Shown: positions 54,446-64,000 of the stretch, piece by piece | Position numbering within the stretch: the first letter of the stretch is position 1 | Layout of the letters: every line of letters begins with the position of its first letter | Source: Eledone cirrhosa | Taxonomy: Eukaryota | Assembly: GCA_964016885.1 (NCBI GenBank) | Contig: OZ024758.1 | Location: forward strand, 4,278,001-4,342,000 | Direction of reading: 5' to 3' | DNA: 64,000 nucleotides | Made by a program: the position numbers and the translations under genes | The notes under the pieces: generated by a model | Databases searched by the model: none | Told to the model about the DNA's origin: nothing | Seen by the model: only the letters and a program-made list of their open reading frames with translations

Positions 54446-55394
54446 CATAGACTTAGATATATAATACATAGTAATATCTATAATATAGCACAAAAAAGAA
54501 ATGATTGAGAAAACCTTACATTATTTATTAAACATAAAATTTCTTCAATGAAGTAATGCCGTTTTACTTTAAGGTAGGAATTGTATATTTCAAACTTAAA
54601 GATAAATGTGATTCCTCCCGGTTATATAGATAGTTTTTGTTGTATACTAGTTCCTTTTATTAGTTTTGGTTTCATGGACATTACGTAGCAGTTGATATTT
54701 GCCTTATATAGAATCATATAGGATTTATCATGACGTTCATTGAAAGGAGATCGCTCGATAGTGTTCATAGCAATAATCTTAAGAAGTCTATATTTTTAAG
54801 CGACGTCGTACAGAAATGATATAAGTTGGGAACACACTACCTTTTCGTTTATTAAAATCGATTACAATATTGATTTTACCATTGTGCTTCTGAGTCAAGT
54901 TACGTAAAACTACTCCACGAAGGTTCCTCATATTGTAGATGTTTGCTGCACACCTCTTGTAAAATGACGCCAAGTGATATTTTCACAGGGAATATATTGT
55001 GATATGTTCGTGTTACAATACCTAGTCTGTACCGCTTTATATAACGACCGACTAGCCTGCATGTCATGATATGTTAGTAAACTGAGTAATTCCAGATAAA
55101 ACATGATGCACCACTACATACACACGCACACATGTATTTCATGACGCGTACACTGTTCATTTTCCTGACATTGGTTCATTATTCTATGTACTATACATGC
55201 ACCTTTGATGAGTTGTAGTGCACCTAAGCACATTACACAATAATTTCATTATTATTATTATAATTCAAATTACAGTCGTAGTAAAGAGAAACACATTATT
55301 AACGTAATAATTTTTTTTGTTTTTTTTAGGCTTCAACATTTATGTATTTAAAGAAAAATGTATGTCAAACAGTGTGGTTAATCCGTATGGTGAG

Positions 55395-55795
55395 CAAATG
55401 TGGTCCCACGTGCTGACCTCCCCACAGCCCCGGCGGGCAGGATGGAGAAGGTGTTTCCACGGAGGACGGTAAGGGAGATGCTCTGGAAGAGCCGTTCCAA
55501 CTCGCGAGGCTCAAACCTGCAGCTGGTCAGCTCAGCGACTATGGTAGAAAGTAGGGAGATAGCCCTTGGGTCGAAGACACAAGAAGTCTCAACTGCCAAG
55601 GGCACGACCTTGAACCTGTCGGAGAGCGACCGGTACTTGGAGAGTTTGGCCACCTCAGCCCGACGAGCAGCAGTACTTGGGTTAGTCGCAGACTGCACCA
55701 GGTTGTGGCTGGAGAAAATGTCGCTGCTAGTGGCATCCCAGATGAGGGGTTTGCCACATCGGAACGGGAAGATGATGATACTGTCTGCCGAATAA
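55395..55795 (-). mobile_element. CRE-clade non-LTR retrotransposon C-terminal restriction-like endonuclease region
   Basis: FPFRCGKPLIWDATSSD...AARRAEVAKLSKYRSL...PLAVET...LFQSISLTVLRGNTFSIL matches the CRE PW..G..L.WD.T / AE..K..KY / QRGNA pattern. Confidence 0.8.
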
Positions 55796-55882
55796 AGCCA
55801 GATGAAATAACAGAACTCTCAGTAGATGTGGCCACTGATGCTTTAACTTTCATACAATAACGTTGTTCATTATAAAACATGG

Positions 55883-55973
55883 ACGGTGGATTGGCAGTAT
55901 CGGTAGAAGGTTGGACGCCATGCTTTGACGCATACTGTGTTCAAATCCCGCCGAGGTTAACTTTGCCTTTCAT
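55883..55973 (+). mobile_element. Truncated major SINE copy
   Basis: Head and B box present. Confidence 0.85.
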
Positions 55974-57084
55974 CTGAGATATGCCCCTTCTCAATCAATG
56001 ATGGTCAAAACTAAGAGGTCAGTAGCACTAAGAATATACAGAAATGGACGAAGCTCACTTGTTTTAAGAGCTACTTTAAACGAAATGTAAGTGAACGATC
56101 GCAGCATTGAAATATTTGAAAGATCAACTGCCTTCAGAAAGTTTCTCGCAATATTTCAAACTGACAGCTAACTAGTTAAAGGAAAATCCCAGTGTATTAT
56201 ATTGCATAATAACAGGAAACAATATGGGAGAGACTGCCAATATTATCTCCTTTATCACTACTACATATCTGCATGGAATATAAAATATAAAAATTAAAAT
56301 TTTCACAGATCTAAATATCCGTATGATTATAGATGGGCTTACTATTATATATCGTTGAACAAAATCATAAAATGCTTTGTATATTATAAAGCAATGATTT
56401 TAAAATTCACTCTGTTTGCACATCAAAGGGAACGATATTGATTCAAACGATATTATGACTATGTATTATAATATGTGATTATTTTTGCTTTTGAAATGTC
56501 GCTTCATATTACTAACTATAATATTGTTCGACCCAAACATATTAGTATAACTGTAGCATTAGATGTACCGGAGATAACCTATAAATAAACGGTAATGTTA
56601 GGAAATAGATGTTTTACTATAGGAACTTATATCTCAACGCTCTTTGATATTAAATAATGTTTTGACGAACTTAACACTTCATTACTCTAGTGTCACTAAA
56701 GTTATAAGCGGTATATATAATATTAACTAATATCAATTATAAATATCAGAATCAAGTCATAGATAAAGACTTGACGTGGTAATCAAACGGGCACAAACAG
56801 AGAAAATAGAATTTGAAAATGAAAATGGAGTCTTTAAAATGGTATATTCACAATGACTTATAATTTTATAGGTTTCGCAAGTTACACCATATTCAAACAT
56901 TATGAGAGATTGAAAGACGAATAGCTATGCCGAATTGCAACAGATGAGAGTTACAAGTAAGCATAGCCACACGTTTTTCCACCTCTCTTAATCTTTGAAA
57001 ATCATGTAACTTGTAAAACCGGTAAATAATAGATTATTTAAATATACCTTCTAGAATCTAGTTGCATTTTACAAATTCTTTTTT

Positions 57085-57703
57085 CATCTATCTATCTAGG
57101 GCGGGTAAAATTCCCGATATCCATGGACGAGTTCTCACTAGCGGTCTCTGTCCCTCATTATCGCTGCCATGTCCTGCGTCTCCAAGAGACCAGTGTCTGT
57201 CCTTAGGGCATCAACATATGTTAACCTCGGTCTTCCCCTTCCAGTGTGTCCACGCAGGGGCTCCCACAGGAGCACTGAGTGCAGTATCAACTCTGGATCT
57301 CGGTGAGAGCATGACCAGCTAACCTCAGTCTCCTCTGTTTCACTTTTGAGCTTATTTTTGGGAGGCTCCCGTACAGCTCTGAGTTCTTCATCCTCAGTGT
57401 ATACTGATTAATGTTCAGAGCCATCCTCAGCATTCTCGTGTAGCACCCATCCACCATCTGGGTGAGTTTCTTGGTCAGTGTCCCAGTCTCAGTCCCGTAC
57501 AGTAGTACACACTCCACTACGCTGAAGAAACACTAGGACCCTCTCTTTACTCTAATACCTGCTCAGAGCAGGACAGTTAAGGCGTAAAAGATATCGGATG
57601 CTGAATTTGCCGACGACATAGTTCTGGTCACAAACACAGTGAAGGAGACAGAGGATTTGATGCAGGAGGTGGAGACTGTGTCGATGAGTGTGGGGCTGAG
57701 ATG
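57085..57703. mobile_element. RTE-clade LINE with inverted 5' segment
   Basis: Minus 57530-57085: VECVLLYGTETGTLTKK...DGCYTRMLRMALN...RRLRLAGH, ending in a (TAGA)n tail. Plus 57535-57703: DAEFADDIVLV...VGLR, the RT catalytic motif. Confidence 0.88.
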
Positions 57704-57729
57704 GGATGTAAAATAAAAACTGAAAAGAT

Positions 57730-57806
57730 TACATGTACCTCTTGACCAGGATTGAACCTAAGACCAGGATCTCCACCGTCTCTAGTACCTACCGTTAGGC
57801 CACAGA
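57730..57806 (-). mobile_element. tRNA-like repeat head
   Basis: Minus strand TGGCCTAACGGT (A box) ... GGTTCAATCC (B box); no convincing cloverleaf. Confidence 0.45.
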
Positions 57807-57919
57807 GAAAACTACAATAATCTTATGAAAATTCATACATATAAATCTGCTTTCAAAATGTTCAATACAAAATGATGTGGTGTCTTTCATGTCTTTCTTA
57901 ATCTTTTTGCTCGTAGGGT

Positions 57920-58411
57920 CTAACGGTCCTTGCCATTCTGAGTTCAAATCCCGCCGAGGTTAACTTTGCCTTTCACCCTTACGGGGTCGATAAAATAAAG
58001 TACCAGTAATGCACTGGATAATTGCTGGCCTTGTGCCAAAAGTAGAAACAATTATCAAATATAGTGGTTTTTTACATAGGCACAAGGCCACCAATTTTAA
58101 GGGCAGGGGAAAAGCGATCAAATCGACTTCAGCGCGTAACTGGTAAATTATTTTATCGCCTCTTTAAAGATGAAAGGGAAAGTTAACCTCTGCGGTATTA
58201 TCAAATATAATATTCCACAGCTCGTTAGAATCACAAACAGTGCTATTGTCATTTAAACGTCTGACCTTCACAGTAACATATTCGGACATATTATCTGACA
58301 TATTATCCTGCCGAGGTTAACTTTGCCTTTCATTCTTACGGGGTCGATAAAATAAAGTACCAGTAATGTACTGTTTAATGGCTAGCCTTGCGCCAAAAGT
58401 AGAAACAATTA
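57920..58411. mobile_element. Three partial major SINE copies (+ 57920-58052, - 58063-58197, + 58309-58411)
   Basis: Consensus matches. Confidence 0.85.
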
Positions 58412-58856
58412 TCTGAACAACGATAACACGACTGAGCGTTTTAACGTATTTTCATTGTTTGGTTTCTCCAGATTTGTGTTTATATCTTCATATGTTATAT
58501 TTATCGTTATTTTCTCCCGTTAATAGTATATCATAGTTGGCCTGGCATCTATAATCGTGGAATAATTGTGAGATTTACGTTATTTCATCGATGTGATGAC
58601 AGAATTAATTATATAAACAAGATTTTGAGTCGGGCATTCACGCTTTCCTTAACTTATTGCATTATTGCTTAAAACACTAAATAACAACTACACCACCACT
58701 AACAACAACCACAACAATAATGATTTCATTTATTGGCCACAGGGGCTGACATGGACAGTGCAAAGCATGGCGTCCGAGTCCGACCCACTACCGATTCTGC
58801 CAATCCACCAATAATAACAATGATGATAATAATTGCTTTATTATAAAATGTCTGGC

Positions 58857-59364
<508 letters not shown>

Positions 59365-59639
59365 TTAGATTCACTGAAGTGGTACTTAGGTGTCAGTGTT
59401 ATATCTGTAAAACTAATTTGTTACATACCCACTTATATACACACATACACCCGGCAGACGAATGAAAGGGCTAATTCGCGCGTGTCTGTGTATGTGTGTG
59501 TTAATGTGTTAGTGTGCGCATGTGCGTGTGTTTATACACGTGTGTGTGTTATTCTGTATGTGGAATAACACTGTCTCTAGAATGACTGTGTTTTTTACCA
59601 GAGACGTAATAACATTTGTTGTTTTGTAAATATTTATAT

Positions 59640-59703
<64 letters not shown>

Positions 59704-59917
59704 GTGTGGTATGTATATATATATACACATGCATATATGCATATGCATAAATATATATATGTATATAGACATATGCATATATATATATATATGTATATAG
59801 ACATATGCATATATACATATATATATATATATATGCATATATGTATATGCATATGATTCCTTTTCATCATAATGATGTTTATGCATATATGTATATGTAT
59901 ATGCATATATATAAGGT

Positions 59918-59950
<33 letters not shown>

Positions 59951-60000
59951 GCATATATATATATATACACATATGCATGTATATATGCATATATACATAT

Positions 60001-60043
<43 letters not shown>

Positions 60044-60415
60044 CACACAAGTGTGTGTGTGTGTGTGTATGTGTTTCCTGATATGTATGCAAGTAGTGGT
60101 GTCTAGGTAACTAATTATATTTTACTAATACCTCTCTAAGCACAAATCATGAGATTTAATGGCAAATAAATAAAATAGTTTCGTAACAAAACAGACTAAT
60201 TTCAATACTTCATACAGTAATGACCAGAGAACTACAACAGAATTGTGAAAGCCAGACGACTAAATTGTTAGTAAAGGAAATAGACTAAGAAAAGAAATAA
60301 GTAATAAGAGAGAGAGAGTGTGGAGGTGGGTGAGTTCGACGGCCATATTTACAATGACGAAGGTGTTTACGTTGTTTATTAACTCTGTAGTGAATATGTG
60401 ATCAGTGTCTCTGAG

Positions 60416-60708
60416 ATGTGGTAATGTGGTAAGTTGGTAATGTGGTAAGGTGGTAATGTGGTAAGGCGGTAAGGTGGTAAGGTGGTAATGTGGTAATGTG
60501 GTAATGTGGTAAGGTGGTAATGTGGTAATGTGGTAAGGTGGTAATGTGGTAAGGTGGTAAAGAGGTAATGTGGTAAGGTGGTAAGGCGGTAATGTGGTAA
60601 TGTGGTAAGGTGGTAATGTGGTAATGTGGTAAGGTGGTAAGGTGGTAAGGTGGTAAAGAGGTAATGTGGTAAGGTGGTAAGATAGTAATGTGGTAATGTG
60701 GTAATGTG
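60416..60708. repeat. 8-bp minisatellite GTGGTAA(T/G)
   Basis: About 36 units, with variants GCGGTAA and GAGGTAA. Confidence 0.95.
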
Positions 60709-61404
60709 TATATTGAAATTTAAATGAATATGAGCCTGAGGGGAAGAACGTGTAGTGTGAGACGGGTGTATGCAATATAGTGATGTATAAAGACAGAGAA
60801 GAAGGAAGAGAGGGAGGAGGAGAAAGAAGACGGTAAGAAGGAGGATGGTGGGAAGGAGAAGGAGGAGAGGAGAAGGTGGAGAAGGAGGAGGAGATGGAGA
60901 ATGAGAAAAATAAGAGGAAGGTGAAGAAGAATGAGAAGAAAAATAAAATAAAAAGAAATAAATTAATAAAATGAGTAAAAGAAGAAAAAGAGGGCAAAGA
61001 ATAAAACGAAGAAGAAGAATACTTAGAAGAAGGAAAAAGAAAAAGAACGCGAGAAGAAGAACACGGAGAAGGAGAAGTAAGAAAGTATATTATATATATA
61101 TATATAAAAAGAACCAAAGATTTATGTAAAAGAATTAAAAAACACCCTTCTTGATAGTTTCAGGTACAAATAGTTATTTACACGCCAGACCACGGCGCTG
61201 AGTAAGTCTATTGGCTTTGACAGATACAAGAAATTTGAGTTTTTTATAAGTAAAGAATTTATCGATAATATCATCGACGGAGCTTTAGAAAATCTAGGGC
61301 AATGTATATTCCAAGAATTAATCGAATCGAAATTTCCATTCCATTAAAAACATATATATATACGAGCACACAACCAAACACATACACATAAACATATATA
61401 TTTG

Positions 61405-61437
<33 letters not shown>

Positions 61438-61499
61438 CAAATATATATGTTTATGTGTATGTGTTTGGTTGTGTGCTCGTATATATATACACGCGCATA

Positions 61500-61610
61500 T
61501 AAATATATACACATACATACACACAGACACATATATATATACACATACATACATATATATACACAGACACATATATATGTATATACACATACATACATAT
61601 ATATACACAG

Positions 61611-61653
<43 letters not shown>

Positions 61654-61706
61654 CATATACACAGACACATATATATATATATATATATATACATACATAT
61701 ACACAG

Positions 61707-61743
<37 letters not shown>

Positions 61744-61794
61744 CATATACACAGACACATATATATATATATATATATACATACATATACACAG

Positions 61795-61837
<43 letters not shown>

Positions 61838-61847
61838 CATATACACA

Positions 61848-61883
<36 letters not shown>

Positions 61884-61893
61884 CATACACAGA

Positions 61894-61924
<31 letters not shown>

Positions 61925-61992
61925 ACATATACACAGACATATATATATATATATATATATATACATACATATACATACATACATATACACAG

Positions 61993-62035
<43 letters not shown>

Positions 62036-62060
62036 CATATACATACATACATATACACAG

Positions 62061-62133
<73 letters not shown>

Positions 62134-62156
62134 CATATACATACATATACACAGAC

Positions 62157-62187
<31 letters not shown>

Positions 62188-62200
62188 CATATACACAGAC

Positions 62201-62231
<31 letters not shown>

Positions 62232-62241
62232 CATATACACA

Positions 62242-62279
<38 letters not shown>

Positions 62280-62291
62280 CATATACACAGA

Positions 62292-62322
<31 letters not shown>

Positions 62323-62327
62323 ACACA

Positions 62328-62363
<36 letters not shown>

Positions 62364-62460
62364 CACAGACATATATATATATATATATACACAGACACAT
62401 ATATATATATATATACACAGACACATATATATATATACATTCATATATACATACAGACAG
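61500..62460. repeat. Compound minisatellite CATACATATACACAGAC(AC)(AT)n
   Basis: Fixed core repeated with a variable (AT)n spacer. Confidence 0.95.
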
Positions 62461-62528
62461 ACACACAGAGACCTATATACATGAATATGAATATATATAC
62501 ATATATTCATACACACATACGTACTTGT

Positions 62529-62595
<67 letters not shown>

Positions 62596-63134
62596 TTGCA
62601 GACGATTTTATAAAGATCTATTTCTTAGATTAAATAAGAGTGTGTTTAATGAATTAATGATTGAATGTTGTTGTTAAAGATTTGCTGAACTCTATCAGCT
62701 GCTTCCATCCTCTGATCACCATCTTGTAGACATTCGAGTGGTGTAGCTCTACACTAGCTCTACACTATAATTGCCTCATTACTTCTGTACAAGTTAAGCA
62801 ACATATATATATGTGTCTCGTCCTTTTTCCTCTAGCTCCCTTGATAGTTTACATGTCCTTTGTAAATGCTCACACATACACCCATGCATATATACACACA
62901 CACACACATACACCCATGCATATATACACACACATGTGTATAAATATATATATGGAGAATAGGATGTCTGTGTAGTTGCTAGTTAAGTAAGGTTTAAAAA
63001 TGGAATGAGAATAAGAAGAACGCAAGAACGGGGGGGGGGGCGTACTCATCAGTTGTCTACTGGAGGGTCCCGGATATTTCAACGCTTTAAAGACAATATA
63101 TCTACCCTCAGAGCGTTCAATAACTGTGTAAGTA

Positions 63135-63195
<61 letters not shown>

Positions 63196-63459
63196 AAGAA
63201 ATTAAAAGATGGTTAAAAAAGTTCCATGTATTTCATTATGCGCATTTCAAAAACAAAAATCATCCAGGGACGGTATTTACGTTCTCAATAGATAAAATAG
63301 GGAGACATGATATGAAGCTTAAAAAGACACTTGTGAGCAGGGTAGTGTCTAATCAACATATATATACTCTTACATATACTCCAGTCCAATAAACTGTTGA
63401 GTGCTACTTATCCGATATTTGCATTGCTTTATTCTACTACAATAAAACTCACCTCCTAC

Positions 63460-63522
<63 letters not shown>

Positions 63523-64000
63523 AATGTATGTCTACCTATTTGTATGGGTGTACGTGTGTTTCCTCCATTACTTACAGACCCCTTTACTAAGTAGCTTCTT
63601 TGAATTTACAATTTCTGATCCTTCTATTTCAATTCTTCGATTGATCAGTGGTATGGTATGTGTTTCATGTTTTTTGTATAATACCCCTATCTTCCTAGTT
63701 GAGAAGGGGACTAGAAGATGGAAAAAACTTAACTCAACACTTAATTTTAAATCTTTAATGTTTAGTTTTTAAATCTTATTAATTTGTTTTTAATTGTAAT
63801 ACTCAACATTTGATAAGATCAATGTTACTAATACATCGAAACCGGTAATACTTTATATACATTATAAAACTCTTTTTTTTTTAAGAATTGTCCCTCATTT
63901 TTTTCAATAATGTCATTTTGACGAATCAAAGAAAGGAAAAAAGAGAAAAACAAACCCTTAAATATATTTTCCGTGCTATTTCCAATTTCATATTTTCGCT

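Noticed and set aside
60260-61117. 285-aa ORF with TTLPPYH repeats
   Set aside because: The repeat unit is 8 bp, not a codon multiple, and the rest is a polypyrimidine translation.
61318-62677. Long ORFs of 300-414 aa here, and similar ones at 302, 31600, 48900, 53000 and 58833
   Set aside because: Translations of TA/CA/TACA microsatellites, open in several frames on both strands.
62590-62770. Possible Tc1-like left end
   Set aside because: No matching second TIR or transposase sequence in the window.

Overview
AT-rich eukaryotic intergenic or intronic DNA, dense in microsatellites, with no recognisable intact host gene. The dominant tRNA-derived SINE and the TA/CA/TACA microsatellite load suggest a coleoid cephalopod, probably Octopus (inference). 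Nearly all listed ORFs are microsatellite artefacts or transposon debris. The window holds about 25-30 copies of one SINE family, other tRNA-headed SINEs, LINE fragments (RTE, CRE, CR1/L2-like), Tc1/mariner and hAT remnants and MITEs, a possible solo LTR and many simple repeats. The most interesting signal is at least five families of short (100-350 bp) non-coding elements that sit in or beside (TA)n tracts. Four of them share a layout of inverted arm, arm and a unique ~70-90 nt tail. They carry minimal type I hammerhead ribozyme folds: three complete (6590-6650 +, 14786-14836 +, 39999-40041 -), plus damaged and variant copies, with compensatory changes between copies. This matches terminal (pLTR) remnants of microsatellite-targeting Penelope-like retroelements or retrozyme-like derivatives. 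That class is known; whether these particular families are described cannot be checked here, and no Penelope ORF is present. Two RTE-clade insertions show 5' inversions resembling twin priming. Coordinates were read by eye and boundaries of degraded repeats are approximate.
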